This document shows, piece after piece, positions 17,202 to 28,714 of a DNA stretch of 64,000 nt (its first letter is position 1; each line of letters starts with the position of its first letter). The stretch lies in assembly GCF_009914755.1 (NCBI RefSeq), contig NC_060931.1; one strand, 5' to 3'. Position numbers and translations under genes: made by a program. The notes below the pieces were generated by a model. It did not search any database. It was not told the origin of the DNA and saw only the letters and a list, made by a program, of their open reading frames with translations. The stretch is from the human T2T-CHM13v2.0 reference genome, Homo sapiens.

Positions 17202-17646
17202 TGCTGTCAGTCTATTTTCTGTTGCTATAACAGCATATGATATCTGGGTAATTTATAGAGAAAATAATTACTTCTTACAGCTATGGGGGTTGAGATGTCC
17301 AAGGCTGAGAAGCTGCATTTGTTGAGAGATTTCTTGCTGAGGGAGACTGTCTGCAGAGTCCTGGGGCAGTGCAGGGCAACACATGGTGAGTGGGCAGAAG
17401 GTGCTAACATACTAGCTCAGGATTCTGTTTCTCTTCTCATAGGGCTATCAGTTCCACTCCCATGACAACCTATTAATCCACTAACCCATTAACCTGTTAA
17501 TCCATTAATGCATGAATGAACTAACCCACTCATGAAGGCAAAGCCCTCTTTACCCAGTCACCTCAAATACCTCATCTCTCAACACTCCCACATTGGGGAC
17601 TGTTTCAACATGAGTTTTGGAGGGGACAAATATTCAAACCACAGCA
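17202..17646 (-). mobile_element. MST (MSTB-like) MaLR solo LTR
   Basis: agtctattttctgttgctataaca...ccattaatgcatgaatg...caacatgagttttggaggggacaaatattcaaaccacagca. Confidence 0.85.
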
Positions 17647-17679
17647 AATGAGAATTCTTTCTTATCGCAGTTTCATTAG

Positions 17680-18168
<489 letters not shown>

Positions 18169-19967
18169 TAAGAATTTATTATTAAACAAATTATTTTGAA
18201 ATGCAATAAAAATACGTGTGAGAAAAGGGGACACAGATATTTGAACCATGAGATAGAAACAGCAAACACCAAGCGAATTAGTTTTATTATACTGGGACAC
18301 TATATTCTACATCATCTTTTTTTCAACGATAGTCACTTCTCAAGTAGCTATGCCTTTGGCCAGCTGGGCAGATTTCACAGCAATTAGCTTAACATTTAAA
18401 AACAGGTAGTGTCTTGTTTGTAACACTTAGAGCTTGGATTAAATTCAGATTCCCTTTTTACTAGAGAGATGTATGCAGCTATTCACTTAAACAGATGCAT
18501 GTGTCTGAACAGCTGCTGATTTCAAAGTTATTTCCTGCACTTATTTATAAACATTCTGAACACATTCTCCAGTGCTACCACAGCATTGCTATAAAACTAA
18601 AAATAAAAAGGGAGAAAATCTTCCAGATGCTGCTGACTCTTTAAGTAGATCTGCTGTAGAAAATGGGCAAATAATTTCAATACTGTGCACATAGTTTTTA
18701 TTGGATCTTGTGAAGCATAGTTCCCATCAAAAGATTAATTGGAATTTAACAGTAAAAAAAAAATTTGTCATGAGCATTGTCACACATCAAAATGTGAGTT
18801 ATTGTTGTTTGTTTCCTTTAAGAAACAGAAAACCAGTTAGTAATTTAAGGATATAAATAAGTCAATTTCCCCAGGTTACATTTTGTCTTTGTGCAGTACC
18901 TCTATTTCAAATGCAAGTGTTCATGAAACTCATATTTTCAAAGCTAAACTGTTATGCTATGTGTTAGTTCCCAGAAATATCCTGATGGATCAGCCATCAA
19001 GAACCAATTTAGCACAATCTAAACCTTTGTACTCTACTTAAATAACTATATAATAAACACATTTTTATATTTAAGTAGATTACCAAGAAACTGCAACAAA
19101 ATTATAAGTAGCAAATGTTTAATTTTTGCTCTTATAAGCACAGCCACATAAAGCATATGACAAAGAACATTTTTCTTTCATATATTATAGAAAGATATAT
19201 GACTACATATCTCCATTTCAAAATGCAAACCAACCTATAAAAACATTCAAAAATTTAAACTCAGAAATGATCTAAAAATAAGTTTATACATGCACACACA
19301 GACAAGTTTTAAAACCTACGAAATGTATACACTGCATTTTGGAAGAAAATTACGCTGTGTATTTTCTTCAATCAAAATAAAAGGGGAAATTAATTATCCA
19401 ATTGTCTTTGGAAAAAGTGGGGCTTCTCACAAAAGGCAAACCTTGACTTCATGTTAAATTACAAAAAAATATACGACCTAATTTTATTTACACAAACATT
19501 TGTAGTAGTGATTCTAAATAGAAGCTAAAAGTAATATATAAAATTCAATCAATTGTTAAGATAAAAAGAATTATGACAAAACATTATGTTGCCGGTAGTG
19601 ATTATCTCCGGGAGTTTTTCCCTTTATGAGATATTATTAATTATATCATTAACACATTCACTAAAAAAGCAAGATTACTTTGCATGAAGTCTAATAAAAT
19701 CCTTGTAGCTCACAAGGAACCAGTTATTCTTTTCCTTAAATAACACTCTTATAAAATTATTTACTGTAGTATTTTTATTTCTTAAATTTTGTGAAAATTC
19801 CATTGAGATATGTAATATGTAACTCACCTTCGAGATTCTGTATTTAATAAATTAGTAAATTTTTCATTTTCTGGGCTTCATTCACCTCTTTTATTTCTCG
19901 AAAATCTTTTTTTTTAGTTTTTAAAGTTATAGTTTTTTAAAGGTCCCCAAGTTTTATACATAGTGAA

Positions 19968-20185
19968 CGCTAATTTGTATTGAGCACTGTTTCTGCCAGA
20001 AACTGTGCTAAAAGCTTTATGTACTTACATCATTTAATTCACAAAAGAATTCTATTAATCTTAAGAAAAATGAAGCATATAAAGATTTAGTGACTTTTCC
20101 CAGTTACATAGCTCAATTATATCAGAGAACTAGAACATAAAACCAAATCTATTTGTTTCAGAAGCATACATTCTTAACCACTACA
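19968..20185 (-). mobile_element. MIR
   Basis: tattgagcactgtttctgccagaaactgtgctaaaagctttatg...gtgacttttcccagttacatagct...cttaaccactac. Confidence 0.75.
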
Positions 20186-21267
20186 ATAAATTGCAATAAA
20201 ATATTTAACAGTTTGCCCTACTGTGAATACTAAGTATATGAGCAAATTTTTCTGCCATAAGAAAATTTGGAAACATTGAGAAAAGCTTGAAAAGCAAATA
20301 AATTATGCACTTTCTTAATAAAGACACTTCTTAGAGTGTTTTTAGTAAAAATTTTCAATTAATAAAGCAAGACCGTTCAGTGGCCTAATTTATGTCTTTC
20401 ACTAGATTAATGATTAATGTTATTGATGATCTCTGGACAACTTTTCTTTACAGTAAGCAAATTCCTTGATAAAGACAAAATATCTAAGGCAAATTTTAAA
20501 GCAAAACAGTCCTCCTTCTCTGGATTCCAGAAAAATACAAGAAGCAGACACGATTGCTCTTGGAAGAAACTACTACATTATTTCTATCTGTAAGGTCCTA
20601 AATAGCAGGCATGTGACTAAGTTGTCTATGCATTCCCAGGGCATTCTCAATGTCGTATGCAAAGAGGGTGATCAGTGTGTGCTTGTTGCATTCATCTATG
20701 AATTCAGTAGTCTGAACAGATGTTTCACTATGACAAAATTATCCATTTTATTATGGCAGAGATTTCTAGATATCTACCAAATCCCTATTCCTTTCCTTCT
20801 ATTGGCACAGCTAGAGTACATATACCAGACTTATTATAGCATGGCTGCAGCAATGTTTCCATTAAGAGAAACGTACAACAGTTCTATCAAATTTTTATAT
20901 GACTCTCCTAAACAATAGTTTTACATGTTTCTCAGTCTCACTTTCTCAGTCTATTTTTGTTTCTAATAATAAAAACTGGTATTAATATACTATTAATAAT
21001 TTATCTTCACACAGAATTTTTAAATATTTATTTGCTGTATCTTACTTTGTCCAAATGAGTTCTAGATAAACCAACTTAAGTCAGATGAACAAACATTCAA
21101 GGTTTTTTGGGTTTCCATATTTCACAGTTTTATCTATAAGGGAAATGCAAAATATATGCAAATGATTAGAGAAACAATCCTGCTATGTAGATTATAAATA
21201 AACACAGTGAACTACTGGCTCACAGACAGGATATAAAATGGGACAAAATGATGTCTTTTGGACTAGT

Positions 21268-22705
21268 CTTTTTGAATAAATTTTATTGTGCAGATGTAAG
21301 ATATACAACATGAAGTTATGTGAAACATTAGTAAAATGGTTACTATAGTGAAGGAAATTGACATAGTCATAATCTTGCATATTTACTCTTCCTTGTTTTG
21401 TGGCAAGAGCCACTAAAATCTACTCATTTTACAGTAATCCCAAATACAGTACTGTTTTATCATCCATAGTTTTCATGTACTTTAGATCTCTAGAATTACT
21501 CATCCTGCATATCTGCCACATTGAATCTATCCTCTGACCTACATCTCCCAAATTCCCCCCACTCCTGCCCCTTGTAATCATTTTTATTCTCTTTCTTTAT
21601 ATATTTGAACTTTTGAGATTCCACCTATATGTAAGATTGTGCAATATTTTTCTTTCTGTGTCAGGCTTATATTTCACTTAGTATAATGTCCTCCAGGTTC
21701 ATCCGTGTTGTGGAAAATGGCAGGCTCTCCTTAAGGCTGAATAATATTCTATTCCATATACATTTGATGGAATAAGTATCCATGTTACAGTTTCTTTATT
21801 CATTCATCCTTCAATGACCACTTAGGTTGTTTTCATATCTCAGCTATTGTGAGTAGTCAAGATATGGAAACAACCTAAGGGGTCACTGATGGATGAATGA
21901 ATAAAGATGATGGTAGTGGGAATGACATAGATGTCTCTTACTATTTTGAATTATATTCCTTCAATGCCTAATTATTTGAGGGTTTTAACATAAAGGGGTG
22001 TTGAATTTTACCAAAAGCCTTTTCTGCATCTATTGAGATAATCATGTGGTTTTGTTTGTAGTTCTCTTTATGTGATGAACCACGTTTATTGATTTGCATA
22101 TGTTGAACCAAATTTGCATCCCAGTTAAAGCTTACTTGATTGTGGTGGATTCACTTTTTTTTTTTCTTCTTTTTTTGAGATGGAGTCTCCCTCTGTCGCA
22201 AGACAGAGTGCAGTGGCGTGATCTTGGCTCACTCAACTTCTGCCCCCAGGGTTTTAGCAATTCTCCTCCCTCAGCCTCCCAAGTAGCTGGGATTACAGGT
22301 GCCCACCACCACGCTCAGCTAATTCTTTTGTATTTGTAGTAGAGACAGGGTTTCACCATGTTGGCCAGGATGGTCTCGAACTCTTGACCTCAGGTGATCC
22401 ACCTGCCTTGGACTCCCAAAATGCTAGGATTACAGGCGTGAGCCACCGTACCCAGCCGGTGGATTAGCTTTTTGATGTGCTGCCATGAACATGAGAGCAC
22501 ATCTCTCTTCATGAGGTGGTGATTTCATTTCCTTTGGGTATACATCCAGAAGAGGGATTGCTGGTCACATGGCAGTTCTAGTTTTAATTTATTTAGAAAT
22601 TTTCATACTGTTTTCCATAATTGTTTCACCAATCTACATTTCCATGAACAGTGTACAAGGGTTCTCTTTTCTCGACACCCTTGCCAGCATTTTCATCTTT
22701 AATTT
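21268..22705 (-). mobile_element. L1MA-family 3' end, interrupted at 21854-22477 by a fold-back, a templated L1PA segment and an Alu
   Basis: gtggcaagagccactaaaatctactc...ctctgacctacatctccc; resumes at tgctgccatgaacatgagag...gaggtggtgatttcatttcctttggg. Confidence 0.85.
22155..22457 (-). mobile_element. Alu, AluS-like; TSD core ggtggatt
   Basis: Full dimer; ggtggatt at 22144-22151 and 22458-22465. Confidence 0.95.
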
Positions 22706-22879
22706 TTTTTCTTAAATGGATGTTCCTTTTATATTCATTAAACTGTACAATTATAATTAATCAATTTTTAGATGTATCTAACTTTTCAGAATGACATGCA
22801 AATTTAGTAAGAACACAAAAAATGCACAATGGAAAAATGCAAAAATATCTTGAGAAACTAAAATGTAATGATTTCATGA

Positions 22880-23050
22880 CATTGCACATTTGCCTATTTT
22901 TCCCTTATAATTTAGTTTTTGGATATCTGTATATATTCTAGTCATCATCAAATATGTGGTTTGCAAAGATTTTTCTCCCAGTTTGTGGAGTGACTTTTCA
23001 GTCTATCAACACTGTATTTGATTAACAGACTATTTTATTATAATGATACT
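22880..23050 (-). mobile_element. Old L1M fragment
   Basis: atatattctag...atcaaatatgtggtttgcaaagatttttctcccagtttgtgg. Confidence 0.55.
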
Positions 23051-23275
23051 ATATGTATTATTTTTTAACTTTTAGGTGTAGGGGTACATGTGCAGGTTTG
23101 TTATACAGGTAAATTGCATGTCATGAGGGTTTGGTGTACAGATTATTTCATCATCCAAGTAAAAACATAGTATGTGATAGGTAGTTTTTTGATCCTCACT
23201 CTGCTCCCACCCTCCACCCTCAAGAAGGTCCCAGTGTCTGTTGTTCTCTTCTTTGTGTCCATGTGTACTCAATGA

Positions 23276-26200
23276 TTAGCTCCTACTTAAGTGAGAAGAT
23301 GTGGTATTTGGTTTGCTGCTCTTGTGTTATTTTACTCAGGATAATGATCTCCAGCTCCACCCATGTTGCTGGAATGGACATGATCTCATTCTTTTGTTTC
23401 TGGCTGTATAGTATCGCATGGCATATATAAACCATATTTTCTTTATCCAGACTACCATGAATGGGCATTTAGGGTGAATCCATGTCTTTGCTATTGTGAA
23501 CAGTGTTGCTTGCAATGAACCTAAGTGTGCATGTGTCTTTATGGTAGAAGATTTCTATTCCTTTGGGTATATACACAATGATGGGATTGCTGCATTTCAT
23601 GCTAATTCTGTTTTACGTTCTTTGAGAAATCGCCAAACTGTGTTCCACAACGGCTGAACTAATTTACATTCTGATCAGCAGTGTATTTAAGTGTTCCCTT
23701 TTCTCCACAACCTTGCCAGCATCTGTTATTTTTGACGTTTTAATAATAGCCATTCTGATTGGTGTGACATGGTATCTCATTGTGGTTTTGATTGGCATTT
23801 TTTTTTAATGATTAGTGGTGCTAAGCATTTTTTCATATGCCTGTTGGCCACTGTTTGTCTTCTTTTTAAACGTGTCTGTTCATGTCCTAAGCTAGTCTTT
23901 AATGGGGTTGTTTTTTTGCTTCTTGATTTATGTTTCTTACAGATTCTAGATATTAGACCTTTATTGGATACATAGTTTTCAAATATTTTCTTCCTTTTAG
24001 AGGTGGCCTGTTTACACTGTTGATAGTTTCTTTTGCTGTGAAGAAGCTCTTTAGTTTAAGTAGGTCCCATTTGTAAATTTTTGTTTCTGTTGCAATTGCT
24101 TTTGATGTATTCATCATTGAATCTTTGCCAGGGCCTATGTCCACAATGGTAATTCCTAGGTATCATTAAAGGTTTCTATCATTTTAGGTTTTGATGTCAA
24201 TTCATCTTGAGTTGATTTTGTATATGGTGTAAGGAAATAGGGTTTCAATTTTCTGCATATGGCTACCCAGTTATTTCTGCTTCATTTATTGACAGGGAGT
24301 CCTTTCCCCATTGCTTGTTTTTGTTTACTTTGACAAAGATCAGATGGTTGTACTTGTGCAGCATTGTTTCTGGGCTTTCTATTCTGTTTCTTTCATTTAT
24401 GTGTCTCTTTTCTAATCAGTACTATGCTGTTTTGGTTATTGTAGTCTTGTAGTTTAGAAAGTTGGGTAACATGATATGTCCAGCTTTGTTCTTTTTGCTT
24501 AGGATTGCCTTGGCTATTAGGGCTCTTCTTTTGATTCCATATGAATTTTAATAGAGGTTTTTCTAATTCTGTAAAGAATATCATTGGTAGTTTGATGGGG
24601 ACAGCATTAAATCTGTAAATTTCTTTGGGCAGTATGGCCACTTTAACGATATTGATTCTTCCTATCCATGAGCATGGAATGTTTTTCTATTTGTCTGTGT
24701 CACCTTTGATTTATTTGAGCAGTGTTTTGTAAATCTCTTTGTAGAAATCTTTCACCTCCCTTGTTAGCTGCATTTTTAGGTATTTTATTCTATTTGTGGC
24801 TGTTGTGAATATAATTATCTTCATTTGGCTCTCTGCTTGGATGTTGTTGATGTACCGAAATGCTACTGATATTTGTACATTGATTTTGTATTCTGAAACT
24901 TTGCTGAAGTTATTTTATCAGATATATCAGCTTTTGGGCAGAGACCATGGGGTTTTCTAGGAATAGAATCACACTGAAAACAGAGATAGTTTGAATCCCT
25001 CTCTATTTGGATGCCTTTTATTTCTTTCTCTTGCCTGATTGCTCTCACTAGGACTTCTGCTACCATGTTGAATACAAGTGGTGAGAGGGGACATTCATGT
25101 CTTCTTCTAGTTCTCAAAGGAAATGCTTCCAGCTTTTACCCATTCAGTATGATGTTGGTAATGGGAATGACATAGATGCCTCTTATTATTTTGAAGTATG
25201 TTCCTTCAGTGCCTAATTATTTGAAGGTTTTAACATAAAGCAATGTTGAATTTTACCAAAAGCCTTTGCTGCATCTATTGAGATAATCATGTGGTTTTGT
25301 TTGTAGTTCTATTTATGTGAAGAACCACATTTATTGATTTGCATATGTTGAACCAACCATGCAAACCAGAGTTAAAGCCTACTTGATTGTGGTGGATTAG
25401 CTTTTTGACATGCTGCTAGATTTGGTTTGCTAGTATTTTGTTGAGATTTTTTGCATCTGTGTTCATCAAGAATATTGGCCTGAAGTTGCCTTTTTTTACT
25501 GTTGTGTCTCTGCCAGATTTTGGTATCAGAATGATACTGGCCTGATAGAATGAGTTAGGGAGTAGTCCCTCCTCCTCAAATTTTTGGAATAGTTTCAGTA
25601 GGAATAGCCCTGGTATTCTTTATACATCTGGGAGAATTTGGCTGTGAATCTGTCTGGTTTTAGGCTTTTTTTCTGGTTGGTAGGCTTTTTATTACAGATT
25701 CAATTATGGAATTCATTATTCCTCTGTTAATGTATTCAGTTTCCTCCTGGTTCATTCTTGAGAGTTTGTATATTTCCAGAAACTTGTCCATTTCTTCTAA
25801 GTTTAAAAAAAACTGGAAGAAATAGAGGTGTTTCTAGTAGTCTATGAGAGGTTTTAATATTTCTGTGGGGTTGGCAGTAATGACCCCATTGTCATTTCCA
25901 ATTGCATTTATTGGAATCTTCTCCCTTTTTTTTTTCTTTATTAGTCTAGCTGGCAGTCTATTGATCTTGTTTATTCTTTTAAATTTATTCTTTTAAATAA
26001 CATACAGCTAGATTCATTGATGTTTTGTATGGTTTTCACATCTCAATTTCCTTCAGTTCAGCTCTGTTTCTGGTTATTTCTTGTCTTTTGTTACCTTTGG
26101 TGTTGATTTTCTCTTGTTTTTCCAGTTTCCCTGCGTGTGATATTAGATTGCTAATTTGAGGTCTTTCTAACTTTTTGACGTGGGCGTTTAGCACTATAAT

Positions 26201-27055
26201 CTTCTCTCTTAACTCTTCATTAGCTTTGTCTCAGAGATTCTGGTATGCTGTCTCTTTGTTCTTATTAGTTCCAACAAATTTCTTGATCTCCGTCTTAATT
26301 TCATCATTGACCCAAGTCATTCAGGAACAGGTTGTTTGATTTCCATGTAATTCTTTGATTTTGAATGAATGTATGAAGTATTGATTTCTATTTTTATTGC
26401 CATCTAGTTTGAGAATGTGGTTGGTATGATTTTTTATCTTGAATTTGGTGAGAGTTGTTTTATGGCTGATTGTGTGGTAAATTTTAGAGTATGTTCCATG
26501 TACAGATGAGTAGAATGTATATTCTATTGTTTTGGAGTGGAGAGTTTCCATAGATGTCTATTATGTCCATTTGGTATGTTTGTGATCTGCCTCAGTGATC
26601 TGTCTAATTGTTTCAGTGAGGTGTTGTGATATCTCCTACTACTATTGTGTGGTTATCTAAGTCTCTTTGTAGGTCTTAAAGAACTTGTTTTATGAATCTG
26701 GGTTCTTTCTTGTTGGGTGCGTATGTATTTCAGAATGTTGGATCTTGTTGTTTTAAACCTTTACCATTATGCAGTGCCCTTCTTTGTCTTTTGTGATCAT
26801 TGTTGGCTTAAAATCTGTTTTGTCTGAAATCAGAATAGCAACTCCTGTTTTCTTCTGTTTGCTTGGTAGGTTTTTCTCCATCCCTTCACTTTTAGCCTAT
26901 TGATGCCACTGCATTTGAGATGCATCTCTCGGTGACAGCATACATTGGGTCTCGCTTCTTTATCCAGCTTGCCACTTTGTGCCTCTTAATTGGGGCATTT
27001 ATTCCTTTTACACTCATGGTTAATACTGATATGTGTGGATTTAAATCTATCATGG
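23276..27055 (-). pseudogene. Disrupted L1 ORF2 of the L1PA copy
   Basis: Collinear ORF2 fragments 26321-26551, 24863-25117, 24393-24641, 23953-24144 and 23283-23468. Confidence 0.88.
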
Positions 27056-27130
27056 TGTTGTTACCCAGTTATTATGCAACCTTGCTTGATTGTTTAGCTG
27101 CTTTACAGGGTCAATATTTATGTACTTATG

Positions 27131-27396
27131 TACATAATTGTATCAATATGTACAATATTAATACATAATTGTATCAATATGTGCAATATTAATACATAAT
27201 TGTATCAATATGTGCAATATTAATACATAATTGTATTAATATGTGCAATATTAATACATAATTGTATTAATATGTGAAATATTAATACATAATTGTATTA
27301 ATATGTGCAATATTAATACATAATTGTATTAATATGTGCAATATTAATACATAATTGTATTAATATGTGCAATATTAATACATAATTGTATTAATA
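27131..27396. repeat. 31-bp AT-rich minisatellite, ~8.6 copies (tacataattgtat(c/t)aatatgtgcaatattaa)
   Basis: Units start at 27131, 27162, 27193, 27224, 27255, 27286, 27317, 27348 and 27379 (partial). Confidence 0.97.
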
Positions 27397-27495
27397 CAAT
27401 GTAGTAAATATTGATTAATTGTATTAACAAAATGAAATCAATACTTAATGCTTTCATGGTGGCTGGTAACAGACTTTTCTTTCCATATTTAGTAC

Positions 27496-27631
27496 TTTTT
27501 TTTTTTTATTTTTAGTAGAGACGGGGTTTCACCATGTTAGCCAGGATGGTCTTGATCATCTGACCTCATGATCCACCTGCCTCGGCCTCCCAAAGTGCTG
27601 AGATTAAAGGTGTGAGCCACTGTGCCCAGCC
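27496..27631 (-). mobile_element. Alu left monomer only (AluY/Sc-type), 13-bp TSD ccatatttag(t/a)ac
   Basis: Poly-T, then atttttagtagagacggggtttcaccatgttagccaggatggtcttgatc...gcccagcc; TSD at 27483-27495 and 27632-27644. Confidence 0.93.
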
Positions 27632-28714
27632 CCATATTTAGAACTTTCTAAAGGACCTCTTGGAAGGCAGATCTTATGGTAATGAATTCCCTTAGCATTT
27701 GCTTATGTGAAAAGAATCTCATTTCCTCTTCATTTATAAAACTTGGTTTGGCTGGATATGAAATTATTGGTTGGAATTTATTTTCTTCAAGAATGCAGAA
27801 TATAAACCCTCAATGTCTTTGGGCTTGTAGGGTTTCTGCTGACAGGTTACAGGCAGCTAGAGAGCAGGGGCAAGTCAACTAAAAAGGAAACCGAAAAGGC
27901 GTATCCATCACATGGATTCTCTACAGTCCCCGAATTTGAATGTTGGCCTTTCTAGTGAGGTTGGAGAAATTTTCACGGGTGATATCCTGAAATACGTTTT
28001 CTAAGTTCCTTGCTTTCTCTTCCTTTCTTCCAGGGTTTAAAATATGTCACAGATTTGGTCTCTTTACAGAATCCTGTATTTTTCAGAGGGTTTTTTTTTT
28101 ATTCTTTTTCATTCTTTTTTGTTTGTTTGTTTGTTTCTGACTATTTCACAGAATTGGTCTTCAAGCTTGAGATTCTTTGATCAGCTTGGTTGATTCTGCT
28201 GTCAATACTTGCAATTGTATTATGAAATTCTTGAGGTAAAATTTTCAGCTCTAACAGATCATGTTGATTCTTTCTTAAAATGGACATTTCATCTTTCAGC
28301 TCCTGTATAATTTTACTGTATGCCTTAGATGTCTTGGTTTGGGTTCCAACTCTCTCCTGGATCTCAATGATCTTCACTCTTATCAATTTTCTAAATTATA
28401 TTTCTGTCATTACAGCCATTTCAGCATGGTTACAAACCATTGCTGGAAAATTAATGTGGTTGTTTGGAGATAAGAAGACACTCTGGTTTTTGGAGTTCCC
28501 AGAGTTCTTTCTCCAGTTCTTTCTCATCTATGTGGGCTGATGGTCCCTTAGTCTTTGAAGCTGCTGTACTTTGGATGAGGTTATTTAGGTTTTGCTTTTG
28601 CTTTCTTTTTTTTTGTTTATGCCCTTGGGGGTGTGATTGTGGATAAGGTGGGTTCAGTTGACTGGTTTCTTTTAATCTACAAACAGTAGGGTTCTCTGAG
28701 CAGCTCCTCACTGT

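Larger units (their letters stand above)
23060..28680 (-). mobile_element. L1PA15/16-like LINE-1, ~5.6 kb (3'UTR, ORF2, ORF1)
   Basis: 3'UTR ggtaaattgcatgtcatgagggtttggtgtacagattatttcatc; ORF pieces [44 protein letters not shown]1 coiled coil at 28141-28386. Confidence 0.92.

Noticed and set aside
20466-20918. Longest ORF in the window (150 aa)
   Set aside because: Non-ATG (TTG) start, no recognisable domain, no flanking splice structure; partly overlaps a probable old MLT1 fragment
27131-27396. Regular ~31-bp palindromic repeats resembling a CRISPR array
   Set aside because: Units are contiguous with no unique spacers, there are no cas genes, and the context is eukaryotic
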